A stretch of DNA of 64,000 nt. Origin: Planctomycetota bacterium. Its GTDB lineage: Bacteria > Planctomycetota > UBA1135 > UBA2386. Position 1 is the stretch's first letter. The number at the start of each line of letters is the position of its first letter. The stretch is taken from contig JBKAGP010000001.1 of assembly GCA_046290465.1 (NCBI GenBank), positions 384,001 to 448,000 of the forward strand, given 5' to 3'. The notes under the pieces are model-generated. The model saw only the letters and a list, made by a program, of their open reading frames with translations. It did no database searches and was not told the origin of the DNA. Position numbers and translations under genes: made by a program. Below, in pieces: positions 16,781 through 29,552 of this stretch.

Positions 16781-19300
16781 TCAGCGGTGGCGACGCAGCA
16801 GCTCGCTGCGCTGGTTCTGGTAGGCGGGGTTCTCGGGAGCGAGGTCGACGGCGAGGTCGAGCAGCCACAGCCGCAGCCGCAGTCGCAGCGTCGGCGTCAG
16901 CTCGGCGTCGGCCAGCAACGCGCTCAGGTTGGCGATGCGGCGGGCGTTGCGCGGCTCGCTGCGCATCGACAGGAGCTGCGGCGTCAGCGCGTCCTGCAGC
17001 CGGTCCGTGCGCAGCATGTCGGCGAGCAGCCGCGAGGCGCGGATGCTGCCCCGCTTCGGCAACCGCGTCGACGCGTCGTCGGCCGCGGCGTCGAAGTGCT
17101 CGACGGCGCGCTGGGCGGCGTCGTGCATGGCCGCGAGGTCGGCTGCGACGTGCGCCTGCAGCGCCCGCACCAATTCGACGTTGGCCAGCTCGTACTCGCG
17201 CCAGCCGACGTCGGCGATGCGCCTCGCGACGGCCCGGGCGCCGTCGTAGTCGCCGAGTTCGCGCAGCGTCTGGCACAGCCCCGACAGGCTGTTGGGCAGC
17301 CACGGCCGCAGCTCGACGGCGCGTTCGTAGCAGCGCCGGGCCGCGGCGAGGTTGCCGAGCCGCAGGTGCGCGAAGCCCTTGTTGGTCCACGGGCCGTGCC
17401 GATCGGGGCGCAGCTCGAGCGAACGGTCGCAGTACGGCAGCGCCTGTTCGTACAGCTTCAGCTGCAGGTGGGCTGCGGCCAGCGTGTGCTGGGTGCGCGC
17501 CGTCGCGTAGCCGTAGACGCCCTCGAGCCGGCTCGCCTCGGTGATCGCGCGCTGCGGGTCGCGCCGCTGCAGGCCGAGGATCGCCAGCAGCCGCAGGTCC
17601 TGCGCCGGCAGGTAGTCGCCGCACGCGGTCAGCTGCCGGTCGGCGCGTTCGCAGTCGCGCGCGCGCAGCGCGTGGAAGCCGGCCAGGAAGTGGTCGTCGC
17701 GGGTGCGCGGCTCGGGCAGGCCGTCGAGGTCGGGCACGCCGCGGCCGTCGTCGCCGACCGGCGCGTCGGCGTAGCGCCGCGCGACCTCGCGCACGTAGTC
17801 GCTGCCGGCGATCTCGGCGATGCGGCGCAGGTCGTCGCGGGCGCCGTCGAGGCGGCCGTAGTCGAGCCGGCTCGCCGCGCGCAGCAGCCGCATGCCGAGG
17901 TCGCGGTCGTCGAGCTCGACCAGCTGGTCGAGTTCGCGCAGCAGCGCGTCCTGTTCGGCGACCGGCACCAGCGGCCGCTCGTCCGGGTAGCCCTCGATGC
18001 AGACATCGGCCGGCAACCGCGCGTGCCGTTGGCGCCACTGCAGCTCGGCCGCGTGCGCCTGCATCGACAGCCAGGCCGGCACGCCGACGCCGCCGAACAG
18101 CAGGGCCGCCACCGTCGCGGTCGCCGCCAGCGCGCGCGCCGGCCGTCGCCGGATCCGGCGCAGGCCGCGGCGCAGCCGACCGATCGGGCGCGCCGCCACC
18201 GGCAGGTGGTCGAGGAACGCGCGGAGGTCGTGCACCAGCGCACGCATCGTCGGATAGCGGCGGCGAACGTCGCGCTCGAGGCCGCGGTCGAGGATCGCCT
18301 GCAGGTCGCGCGGCAGGCCGGCGACGATCCGGTCGGCCGGGATCGGGTCCTCGTCGCGCAGCGACACCAGCACCTGCTGCAGGTCGCCGGCGTGCGGCGG
18401 CCGCAGCGTCAGCAGGTGGTAGAGGGTGGCGGTCAGGCCGTAGATGTCGAGCGACGGCTGCGGCTCGCCGCGCCCGGCGGCCTGCTCGGGGGCCATGTAG
18501 CACGGCGTGCCGAGCACCGTGTGGGTGCGCGTGATGCCGGCGTCGCCGGCGCGCGCCGCGATGCCGAAGTCGAGCAGCACCGCGCGGCCGTCGTCGCGCA
18601 CGAACGCGTTGCCGGGCTTGACGTCGCGGTGGCAGACGCCGCGTTGGTGCGCCGCGACCAGGCCGTCGCCGAGCTGCGCGGCCCAGACCACGGCCTGGCG
18701 CAGCCAGGTCGATGCGAGCTCGGCGGCCGGCAGCCGCCGGCGCAACCAGTCGAGCTCGGCGAAGCCGCGCAGCGACGGCCGGTCGTGCATCGCGCGCTGG
18801 CCGTGCGCCAGCACGTCGGCGAGCGTCGCGCCGCGCAGCAGTTCGGTGACCAGGTAGCTGGTGCCGTCGTCGGCGCGGCCCTGGTCGTAGATGCGCACGA
18901 TGTGCGGGTGTTCGTGGTCGGCGAGCACGACGGCCTCGCGATGGAAGCGCTGTTCGGCGTCGCCGCCGTCGAACAGGCCCCGGTGCAGCAGCTTGACCGC
19001 GACCTCGCGGTGCAGCCGCTGGTCGCGCGCGCGCCAGACCGTGCCGGCGGCACCGCTGCCGATCGCGTCGAGCAGCTGGTAGCGGTCGGCCAGCAGCGGC
19101 TGCTGCGGCGTCGCCGCGTCGGGAGCGGCGCGGTGCAGGGCGGCGACGTCGTCGCGCAGGCCGAGCGCGGCGCGCACCTCGGGCTCGAGCTCGGGGTGCT
19201 CGGCGCACAGCTCGGCGGGGTCGAGCGGCTGCCCGGCCTCGATGCGGGCGAGGCCCTCGGCGACCAGAGCGGCCAGCCGGTCTTCGTGGTCGGGACTCAT
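16781..19300 (-). CDS. ECF-associated membrane Ser/Thr protein kinase with C-terminal TPRs (839 aa)
   Basis: N-terminal LARIEAGQPLDPAELCAEHPEL helix; GSGAAGTV, VAVK, HRDVKPGN, DFG, GTPCYMAPE; TM (ALAATATVAALLFGGVGV); TPR-like WTNKGFAHLRLGNLAAARRCYERAVELRP. ATG 19300 overlaps the ECF stop (ATGA). Confidence 0.92.
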   Translation of the reverse strand: MSPDHEDRLAALVAEGLARIEAGQPLDPAELCAEHPELEPEVRAALGLRDDVAALHRAAPDAATPQQPLLADRYQLLDAIGSGAAGTVWRARDQRLHREVAVKLLHRGLFDGGDAEQRFHREAVVLADHEHPHIVRIYDQGRADDGTSYLVTELLRGATLADVLAHGQRAMHDRPSLRGFAELDWLRRRLPAAELASTWLRQAVVWAAQLGDGLVAAHQRGVCHRDVKPGNAFVRDDGRAVLLDFGIAARAGDAGITRTHTVLGTPCYMAPEQAAGRGEPQPSLDIYGLTATLYHLLTLRPPHAGDLQQVLVSLRDEDPIPADRIVAGLPRDLQAILDRGLERDVRRRYPTMRALVHDLRAFLDHLPVAARPIGRLRRGLRRIRRRPARALAATATVAALLFGGVGVPAWLSMQAHAAELQWRQRHARLPADVCIEGYPDERPLVPVAEQDALLRELDQLVELDDRDLGMRLLRAASRLDYGRLDGARDDLRRIAEIAGSDYVREVARRYADAPVGDDGRGVPDLDGLPEPRTRDDHFLAGFHALRARDCERADRQLTACGDYLPAQDLRLLAILGLQRRDPQRAITEASRLEGVYGYATARTQHTLAAAHLQLKLYEQALPYCDRSLELRPDRHGPWTNKGFAHLRLGNLAAARRCYERAVELRPWLPNSLSGLCQTLRELGDYDGARAVARRIADVGWREYELANVELVRALQAHVAADLAAMHDAAQRAVEHFDAAADDASTRLPKRGSIRASRLLADMLRTDRLQDALTPQLLSMRSEPRNARRIANLSALLADAELTPTLRLRLRLWLLDLAVDLAPENPAYQNQRSELLRRHR

Positions 19301-19917
19301 CGGCCCGCCCCCGGATCGACGCCGCGCTGCCGCAGCCGGACCAGCAGCCGGCCCTGGACCAGGTGGAAGGCCTTGCGCGCCGCGTCCGCGGACGGCCACG
19401 CCAGCCGCTCGGCCAGTTCGCCGAACTCGAGGCCATGCTCGAGTCGCAGCGTCAGCAGCGCGCGTTCGCGGTCGCCGAACGACTGCAGCACCTCGCGGTA
19501 GATCGCCAGCTGCTCCTCGTTGCCGGCCAGCGTCGCCGGGCCACCGCCCATGGCGTGCACGCCGGCGGTCTGCGGGCCGGCGTCGGACTCGCGGCGAACG
19601 TCGCGGCGCGCCGCCTGGCTGCGGCGCACCTGGTCGACCAGCCGGTGCTCGACCAGCGTCGCCAGCAGCGCCACGAACGCCTGCTCGCGGTCGCCTTCCC
19701 AGCGGTCGAGGTTGCGCAGCACCTCGACGAACACCTCCTGCACGATGTCGCCGGTCGACAGCTGCCGCAGCACCGCGTGCTGCTGCGGTCGCAGCCGCTG
19801 CCGCATCTGCTGGTGCACCAGGCCGGCGACGCGCTGGTAGTAGCGCGCCACCAGTTCGCTCCGGGCGTCGCGGTCGCCGTCGCGGGCGCGCTGCAGCAGT
19901 TCGGGCAGGCCGGCCAT
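19297..19917 (-). CDS. ECF sigma factor, STK-associated type
   Basis: LLQRARDGDRDARSELVARYY; extended sigma2.2 QLSTGDIVQEVF; RERALLTLRLEHGLEFGELAERL...AARKAFH. Confidence 0.88.
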   Translation of the reverse strand: MAGLPELLQRARDGDRDARSELVARYYQRVAGLVHQQMRQRLRPQQHAVLRQLSTGDIVQEVFVEVLRNLDRWEGDREQAFVALLATLVEHRLVDQVRRSQAARRDVRRESDAGPQTAGVHAMGGGPATLAGNEEQLAIYREVLQSFGDRERALLTLRLEHGLEFGELAERLAWPSADAARKAFHLVQGRLLVRLRQRGVDPGAGR

Positions 19918-20116
19918 GTGCCCGAGTATGCTCGATCGGCGCGGACAGGCGCAGGGGGGGATCGCGACGCAGGCTGTCATCGTGCGTTGTCACCGCGCGG
20001 ACCCGACGGCAGCGGAACGGTTTTCCGCGGATTTCCGCACCGAGCGCCGGCTCGGGCCGCCCGTGGGGCCGGCGTTTTCTGTTTCGCCCGGTCGGCGCAC
20101 CTGCTTGTCTTCTGCG

Positions 20117-21039
20117 ATGCACGAGATCGAGTTGGGCAACGCCGAGGACGGCCAGCGGCTCGATCGATACCTGCGCAAGCTGCTGCCGGACGTGCCGCTC
20201 GGTGGCATCTTCAAGCTGTTGCGCCGCGGCACGATCCGGATCGACGGCAAGAAGGCCAGGCAGGACCTGCGGCTGCAGGCCGGCATGGTGCTGACGCTGC
20301 CCGACAACCTCGGCGCGGCCGTCGGTGCGACCCCGCTGCCGCCGCCGCCGACGCCGCCGGCGCCGAGCACGCTCTTGCCCTCGATCGTGCACCGCGACGA
20401 CGCGCTGCTGGTCGTCGACAAGCCGGCCGGGCTGCCGGTGCAGCCGGGCAGCGGCCACCAGCACCACCTGGTGGGCTGGCTCGACGGCCAGCCGTTCGGC
20501 GTGCGCACCCCGACCTACCGGCCGGCACCGGTGCACCGCCTCGACCGCGGCACGTCGGGGCTGGTCGTCATCGGCCTGACGCCGCAGGCCTCGCGGGCGC
20601 TGAGCCACGCGTTCCGCGACGACCAGGTCGACAAGGTCTACGCCGCCGTCGTCGAAGGCGTGCCCGCGCCCGAGCGCGGCACGATCGACGCGCCGCTGTG
20701 GCTGCGGGAGACCGCGCGTCCGAGCCAGCCGAAGGTGCACGTCGACGCGCGCGGCAAGCCCGCGGTCAGCGACTACGAGGTGCTCGAGCGCGGCCCGCGC
20801 CGTTCGCTGCTGCGGGTCGTGCTGCACACCGGCCGCACGCACCAGATCCGCGCGCACCTCGCGCACCTCGGCCACCCGATCGTCGGCGACCGGCGCTACG
20901 GCTCTTCGGTCGACCTCGGCCGCGGCCAGTTCCTGCTGCACGCAACACAGCTGAGCCTGCCGCATCCGGTCTCCGGCGAACGCAGGACCTTCGTTTCACC
21001 CGTGCCCGCGCGGCTGTCGAAAGCGATCCGTCAACGTTG

Positions 21040-21040
<1 letters not shown>
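20117..21040 (+). CDS. RluA-family (RluC/RluD-like) pseudouridine synthase with S4 domain
   Basis: GQRLDRYLRK (S4), VVDKPAGL, HRLDRGTSG catalytic motif, TGRTHQIRAHL, HPIVGDRRYG, LHA. Confidence 0.95.
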
Positions 21041-23739
<2,699 letters not shown>

Positions 23740-23757
23740 TGCTGCCGCAGGCGTCGG

Positions 23758-24924
23758 TCAGCGCACGGTGACCCGTTCGGTCTGCGTCTCGGCGCGCAGG
23801 ATCAGCGACTGGTGCACGCGCGGGTCGCCGTTGACGAAGATCTCGAGCGTGTAGCCGCCCATCGCGACCGGCTCGGCCAGCCAGATCGGCGACGGCGCCG
23901 GCACGTGGTCGGCTTCGCTGACGGTGCCGCTGCCGTCGCGGCGGGCGGCGGTCCACTTGCGCTGGATGCCCCGTTCGCCGGCGGCATGGAGCGTGATCGT
24001 GACGTTGCCGTGCCGCTTCGGGTCGAACGCGCTGCCGTCGGGTTCCAGCAGCTCGACCCGCAGCGCGCAGGCCGGCTCGAGCGTGACGTCCTCGACGAAG
24101 CCGTTGCTGCCGGTCAGCGCGAACGCGCGCCGGAACGGCGACATCGGCAGCAGCTGGCCGTCGGCGTCGGTCGCCAGCAGCCGGATGCCGTACTCGCCGG
24201 CGGGCAGCGGCGGCAGCTGGTAGCGGCCGTCGTCGGCCTGGGTGCGTCGCGCCCACATCGGCTTGCCGAGCTGCCAGGCGCCGTCGCGGTTCTGGGCGTC
24301 CAGCTCGAACGCGTCGACGCGCACGTGCGCGACTGGGCGGCGGTCGACGTCGTGCACCAGCAGCGTGATGCCCTGGGCGCTTACCGCCGGCGTCAGGTAG
24401 AGCTGCAGCTGCAGCTGCGGCTCGGCCTCGGTGGGCACGTGCAGCCCCTTGCGGGTCGCGGGCTGCATGCCGTTGGCCTCGACCAGCAGGTCGACGGTCG
24501 CGCCGGGCGGCAGCGGCAGCTCGCCGACGCCGGCCTCGCTGGCGCCGCGAACGGTCTGCTGGCCGTTCTGGAAGCGCCAGCGGAACGCCGGCAGCAGCTG
24601 GTTGGTCGCGGCGTCGCGCGCTTCGACGATGCTGGGGCGGATTCGTGCAGGCCCCGGCTCGGTGCCCGTCCCCGTGCCAGGCTCCGTGCCCGACTCGATG
24701 GAGGACGCGCGCGGTTCGTCCGGCCCGGTGGGGCGCAGTGGTGGCGTCGCCGTCTCCCGTTCGCCGTCGGCGGCGACCGGTTCGGGCGGTGGCTCGACGG
24801 AGCCCGCCGGGCCGTCCGGATCGTGCGCGGACGGCGGCGCCTGCACCGCGCGGTCCTGCTGCAACCACCAGAAGGCCGCTCCTGTGAGCACGAGCAGGGC
24901 GACGACGGCGATCAGTGCGCGCAT
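23758..24924 (-). CDS. N-anchored hypothetical protein with carboxypeptidase-regulatory-like domains (388 aa)
   Basis: MRALIAVVALLVLTGAAFWWL TM, Pro/Glu/Thr linker, ADDGRYQLPPLPAGEYGI-type beta-sandwich motifs. Confidence 0.7.
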   Translation of the reverse strand: MRALIAVVALLVLTGAAFWWLQQDRAVQAPPSAHDPDGPAGSVEPPPEPVAADGERETATPPLRPTGPDEPRASSIESGTEPGTGTGTEPGPARIRPSIVEARDAATNQLLPAFRWRFQNGQQTVRGASEAGVGELPLPPGATVDLLVEANGMQPATRKGLHVPTEAEPQLQLQLYLTPAVSAQGITLLVHDVDRRPVAHVRVDAFELDAQNRDGAWQLGKPMWARRTQADDGRYQLPPLPAGEYGIRLLATDADGQLLPMSPFRRAFALTGSNGFVEDVTLEPACALRVELLEPDGSAFDPKRHGNVTITLHAAGERGIQRKWTAARRDGSGTVSEADHVPAPSPIWLAEPVAMGGYTLEIFVNGDPRVHQSLILRAETQTERVTVR

Positions 24925-24962
24925 GGCGCCATCGTGCGCCGCCGCCGCGTTCGGCGCGAGGC

Positions 24963-25736
24963 TCAGCCGGCCAGAACTTCGCGCACGCTGGCCGCAAGCG
25001 ACGGGGTCGCCGCCGCGATCGCATCGCCCGGGCTGTCGAGCGTCAGCGGCGCGCCGTGCCAGTCGTGCAGTTCGCCGCCCGCTTCGCGCACGATCGGCAC
25101 CAGTGCGCACCAGTCGAACGGCTTCAGCGTGGTGTCGACGACGACGTCGGCGGTGCCGGCGGCGAGCCACGCGTAGGCCATGCAGTCGCCGCCGAAGCTG
25201 GTCCAGCGCGAACGTGCCCGCAGCGCGCGGTGGCCGCGGTGGTCGAGCAGCAGGTCGGGGGTGGTGCAGTAGAGCACCGCGTCGTCGACGCGCGCGACGT
25301 CGCGGGTCCGCAGCCGTTCGGTGCCGTTGCGGAAGCTGCCCGCGCCGAGCGCGCCGTGGTAGCGCTCGCCGAGCGCCGGCGCGTCGACGACGCCAGCGAT
25401 CGGCGTGCCGCGCTGCATCAGGCCGATCAGCGTGCCGAACAGCGGGTTGCCGGACGCAAACGCCTTGGTGCCGTCGATCGGGTCGACGACCCAGACGAAC
25501 TCGGCGTCGAGCCGCGCGGTGCCGTGTTCCTCGCCGTAGATGCCGTGCTCGGGATAGCGCTGCTCGATGCGGTCGCGCAGCGCGGTCTCGATGGCCCGGT
25601 CGGCGATCGTCACCGGGGTCTGGTCCGGCTTGCTCTCGACGTCGTGCGCGCTGCGGAAGTGCCGGCGCGCGATCGGCGCCGCCAGGTCCGCGAGATCGTT
25701 GGCGAACGTCAGCAGTTCGGCGAGCTGCGGCGTCAT
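24963..25736 (-). CDS. hisN: inositol-monophosphatase-family phosphatase (HisN-like)
   Basis: KPDQTPVTIADRAIE, GIYGEEHG, WVVDPIDGTKAF, GGDCMAY, KPFDW, EAGG. Family is certain; substrate (histidinol-P versus inositol-P) is not. Confidence 0.8.
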   Translation of the reverse strand: MTPQLAELLTFANDLADLAAPIARRHFRSAHDVESKPDQTPVTIADRAIETALRDRIEQRYPEHGIYGEEHGTARLDAEFVWVVDPIDGTKAFASGNPLFGTLIGLMQRGTPIAGVVDAPALGERYHGALGAGSFRNGTERLRTRDVARVDDAVLYCTTPDLLLDHRGHRALRARSRWTSFGGDCMAYAWLAAGTADVVVDTTLKPFDWCALVPIVREAGGELHDWHGAPLTLDSPGDAIAAATPSLAASVREVLAG

Positions 25737-26311
25737 CCCCGTTCCTCGCCGAGCACGCGTGCCGCGTAGTCGGCGCGGTAGATGCGCTCGACCCAGTCGG
25801 GGAACGTCATCACGCCGTGGAACTCCGCGTAGAGATCGAGCACGCGGTCCATCTCCTCGGTGCCGAACGCGGCCAGGTGGCCGTTGGGGATCAGCGCCAG
25901 CTGCCGGCGCGCGGCGTCGAGGTCGCCGGTGTCGTGCAGCACGAAGATCGCCATCGCCAGACCGGTGCGGTCGACGCCGGCGCGGCAGTGTACGACCAGC
26001 GGTCGCTCGGCCGACTCGGCGACGCGCCACAGCTGCAGCAGCGCCTCGGGACGCACCGGCCGCTTGGCCGAGATCGGGATCTGGTGGAAGCCGGCGCCGC
26101 TGACCAGCGCGGCGCGCTCGGACATGCGCGCGTGGCGGCCGCCGCGCATGCTGACCACGGTGCGGATGCCGTGGTCCTCGATGCGCTGGATCAGCAGCTC
26201 CTCGCGCGGTTGCGGCGAGCGGAACAGGCCCGGCGCCCCTTCGCGGAAGCCGGTGCAGCTGGCGAGCAGCGCCAGGAACGTCATGCAGAGCGCGCGCATG
26301 GTGGTCGGCAT
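25733..26311 (-). CDS. Cys-dependent (CX5R) PTP/DSP-family phosphatase, lipoprotein
   Basis: LALLASC lipobox; LFRSPQP; GIRTVVSMRG; PLVVHCRAGVDRTG P-loop. Alternative start 26299. Confidence 0.88.
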   Translation of the reverse strand: MPTTMRALCMTFLALLASCTGFREGAPGLFRSPQPREELLIQRIEDHGIRTVVSMRGGRHARMSERAALVSGAGFHQIPISAKRPVRPEALLQLWRVAESAERPLVVHCRAGVDRTGLAMAIFVLHDTGDLDAARRQLALIPNGHLAAFGTEEMDRVLDLYAEFHGVMTFPDWVERIYRADYAARVLGEERG

Positions 26312-26316
26312 GGGGA

Positions 26317-26700
26317 TCAGCGCCGCTTGCGCGCGGTCACCTCGATCTCGATCTTGATGTCGTCGTTGACGAGCCGCGCCGACAGCATGGTCGCGGCTGG
26401 CGGCGCGTCGCCGAAGCGTTCGCGCAGCACCGGCCAGCACTTCTCGAAGTCGGACGGCTCGGGCAGGATGTAGGTGACGCGCAGCACGTCCTGCAGCGAC
26501 GCGCCGGCCATGCGCAGCGCCGCCTCGACGTTGTCGAGCGTCTGCCGGCACTGCGCGACGACGTCGGCCTCGATCGTCATCGTCGCGTAGTCGTAGCCGG
26601 TGGTGCCCGCCACGAACACGTCGTCGCCGTCGACCACGGCCCGCGAATACGCCGCCTGTTCCTCGAACCGCGATCCCGAGCTGATCCGCTGCCTCGTCAT
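26317..26700 (-). CDS. RidA/YjgF family protein
   Basis: YSRAVV, VFVAGTTG, QCRQTLDNVEAAL..AGASLQDV, PAATML, KIEIEVTA. Confidence 0.93.
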   Translation of the reverse strand: MTRQRISSGSRFEEQAAYSRAVVDGDDVFVAGTTGYDYATMTIEADVVAQCRQTLDNVEAALRMAGASLQDVLRVTYILPEPSDFEKCWPVLRERFGDAPPAATMLSARLVNDDIKIEIEVTARKRR

Positions 26701-26735
26701 GCGCGCACCCTACCGTGGCCGACGGCCGCGCGCGC

Positions 26736-29552
26736 CTACCGATTGCGGCTGCGGCCCTGCGAACGCTGCTGCTGGCGCTGCTGCCACTGCTGGTCGAGCT
26801 TCTGCAGCGCCTCGGCGACCTGCTGCGACAGCAGCGGCACGGTGGTGGTGGTGACGCCGTCGGGCTTCAGTTCGAACGTGCCGAGCGTCACCGACGTCTG
26901 CGGGGTGCGCGTCGACTCGGTGGCGTGCGCCCGCAGGATGATCTGGTACTTGCCGGCCTTCATCAGCGGGATCTCGACCAGGTCGCTCTGGCCGAGCCAG
27001 CCGCCGCTGGTGCGGCCGAGGTCCCAGCGCGCGAACGAGAAGCTGCGCCCGGTCTTCTGGTCGGTGCCGCTCAGCGACGACGGGTAGCCGGTGTCGCCCT
27101 GCAGCAGCGCCGAGATCCGCACCCTCCGCGTCGGTCCGCACAGCGCGCGCGCTCCGGGCACCAGCACCATCGCCGGCCGCATCGTCTCGAGGTAGACGTC
27201 GTGCTGGCCGGGGCCGAACTGGCGCTTGAGCGGCACGAAGCCGCGCCCGAAGAACGTCAGCTCCGCGGTCTGGTGCGCGGTGATCAGTTCGGCCTTGCCG
27301 TTCTGCCAGCGGAAGCCGGCCTCGCTCCAGCTGCCGTCGGCATGCTGTAGGCGGGCGTGGATCGGACCGTCGAGATCCATCGGCTGGCCGCCCTGGTCGA
27401 GCGCGCGCAGCCGGTAGACGTGCAGCGCGTTCGACAGGTCGAGCGGTTCGAGCCGCGGGTCGCGGTTGTCGCCCGGCTTGACGAAGAAGCCCTCGATCCT
27501 CGCCATCGGTGCGCGCAGGCCGCGCATCTTGACCAACAGCGTGTAGGCGCCGGGGCGCAGCGGCTCGATCCGGAAGCGACCGCCGCGGCGCATCGAGACC
27601 CGGTCGCTGCGGGTCTCGCCGCGGCGGCGCGATTCCTCGACCGGCTCGAGCGTCATCGTCACGGCGCGGTCCGGCAACCACTCCGGCAGCAGCACGCGGC
27701 CGCCGAGGATGCCGTTGCGGTCGAGCTGGACGTGCAGGTTCTGGTTGGGCTCCGGCAGGTCGACCGTGCGCGCGAAGTGCTTGTCGGTGTCGGCCTTCAC
27801 GCGGATCTTGCCCGGTGGCATGGTCGCCTCGACGACGAACGTGCCGTCGGCGCCGGTGCGCGTGCGCAGGTTGTTGAGCCGGCGCCACGATTCGCGCGGG
27901 CCGGGGCTGCCGTTGCTCGAGAACCGCACGCTGCGGCTGGCCTCGACCTGCAGCCGCAGTTCGTTGAGCAGCACGCGTTCGGTGCGGCCCCGGTTGCGCG
28001 CTCCGGAGTTGCCGTTGCCCGGGCGCAGCTGCTCGATCGTGATCGTCGCGCCGGCGACCGGCTGGCCGAGGTCGTCGACCACCACGCCGGCGCACAGGGG
28101 CGGCAGCGGCTCGAGCCGGATGTCCCCGAGGTCGACGCGCGTGCCACCGGGCCACGGCGGCAGGTCGACGATCGCACCCAGCCAACGCTTCGGCGCGTCG
28201 TCGCCGGAGACCGGGTGCTCGCGGCGAAACTCGATCCGCCACCGCGCCGCCTCCTCGCGGCCGGTCAGCACGCAGTCCCAGCGGCCGTCGTCGATGGTGT
28301 CGATCGTGGTGGTGGTGTGGATCTGGTCGTCCTTCCAGATCGTGACGCTGGTGCGCGACCCGCCGATGCCGTTGCCGGTCAGGTCCAGCAGCCGGCCGGC
28401 GAGCACCGCGTGCTGCGGCAGCGGCCGGATCACGACCGCGGCGGTCTCGCCGCGTTCGCTCGGCCCGGCGGCCGACTGCGAGTACGACGCGCGCCGATCG
28501 CTGGGGTAGCGCGCGTAGATGCGCAGCGGCTGGCCGACCTGCGCGAACGGCAGCTGCACCGGCGCCTGGCCGACCGGCTTCGACACCGACTGGTGCAACA
28601 GGCTGCGGCTGCTTGGGAACGCGCCGGGCTTGCGCGCGCGCCGTTCGGCCCCGAAGCCGATCCGCGCCGACGACAGCAGCGGCTTGCCGCTGTGGCAGGT
28701 CAGCCGGACCTCGACGGCGCCGAGGTCGGGCACCTCGAGCAGCACCGGTTCGTCGCTGGCCGGTCGGCCGGCGAACTCGGTCAGCGTCAGCGGCTCGGTC
28801 GGCAGGCAGGCCATCGCGGCGAAGCGCTCGCGGAAGCCCTCGGGCTGGCCCTTGGCCGCCGCGCGGCGCAGCAGTTGGAAGTGCCGGACCAGCACCCGGC
28901 CGGCCTGGTCGGTGGAGCCGCGCCAGATCGTGTCGGTGTCGTTGCTCTTCGGCTGGTGGCGCAGCGCGACCGGGATCGTGGCCGGCGTGCTGTCGGCGAA
29001 CCTGGCGACGATCTCGACCTGCTCGTCGGTCTGCATCGTCAGCCGGTGCGACCCGTCGCGCGCGACCGTCAGGTAGCCGAACTCGCCCTCCTTCTGGGCG
29101 GCGACGACCCAGCGGCCGCGGCCGCGCGGCAGCAGCACTTCGCCGCGGTCGTCGGTGCGGGTGCGCTGGCCGAATCGTTCGGCGGCGTCCCAGCGGGTCA
29201 GCGTGCGGCTGCGGTCGTTGGCGCGGCGGCGGTATTCGGTCTCGTCGAAGTAGTAGACCGTGGCGCCCGTCGCCGGGGCGCCGGAGCCGTGCAGGACCAG
29301 CAGCAGCGGGCCCGGTTCGTCCGGCAGCGGCGCGCCGTCCTCACGCTCGATCGCCGGGTCCGAGCCGTCGTCGGAGGCGTGCCCGACGGTGGCCGAGGCC
29401 AACTCGCCGGTCGCCGTGCGGCCCGCGGATCCCGGGCCCGAGGCAGCGGCGCTGCCGCCTGGAGGCGGCGGCGCGACGTCGCCGGGGTCGAGCCACCAGC
29501 TGGCGGCCAACCCGAGCACCGCGATCCCTAGCAGGGCGATCACCCATCGCAT
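26736..29552 (-). CDS. large N-anchored carboxypeptidase-regulatory-like repeat protein (about 938 aa)
   Basis: MRWVIALLGIAVLGLAASWWL TM; TDDRGEV, TDQAGRV, GVVVDDLGQPVAGATI, TGADGTF, GRFRIEPLRPGAYTL repeats. Divergent from wza. Confidence 0.75.
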   Translation of the reverse strand: MRWVIALLGIAVLGLAASWWLDPGDVAPPPPGGSAAASGPGSAGRTATGELASATVGHASDDGSDPAIEREDGAPLPDEPGPLLLVLHGSGAPATGATVYYFDETEYRRRANDRSRTLTRWDAAERFGQRTRTDDRGEVLLPRGRGRWVVAAQKEGEFGYLTVARDGSHRLTMQTDEQVEIVARFADSTPATIPVALRHQPKSNDTDTIWRGSTDQAGRVLVRHFQLLRRAAAKGQPEGFRERFAAMACLPTEPLTLTEFAGRPASDEPVLLEVPDLGAVEVRLTCHSGKPLLSSARIGFGAERRARKPGAFPSSRSLLHQSVSKPVGQAPVQLPFAQVGQPLRIYARYPSDRRASYSQSAAGPSERGETAAVVIRPLPQHAVLAGRLLDLTGNGIGGSRTSVTIWKDDQIHTTTTIDTIDDGRWDCVLTGREEAARWRIEFRREHPVSGDDAPKRWLGAIVDLPPWPGGTRVDLGDIRLEPLPPLCAGVVVDDLGQPVAGATITIEQLRPGNGNSGARNRGRTERVLLNELRLQVEASRSVRFSSNGSPGPRESWRRLNNLRTRTGADGTFVVEATMPPGKIRVKADTDKHFARTVDLPEPNQNLHVQLDRNGILGGRVLLPEWLPDRAVTMTLEPVEESRRRGETRSDRVSMRRGGRFRIEPLRPGAYTLLVKMRGLRAPMARIEGFFVKPGDNRDPRLEPLDLSNALHVYRLRALDQGGQPMDLDGPIHARLQHADGSWSEAGFRWQNGKAELITAHQTAELTFFGRGFVPLKRQFGPGQHDVYLETMRPAMVLVPGARALCGPTRRVRISALLQGDTGYPSSLSGTDQKTGRSFSFARWDLGRTSGGWLGQSDLVEIPLMKAGKYQIILRAHATESTRTPQTSVTLGTFELKPDGVTTTTVPLLSQQVAEALQKLDQQWQQRQQQRSQGRSRNR

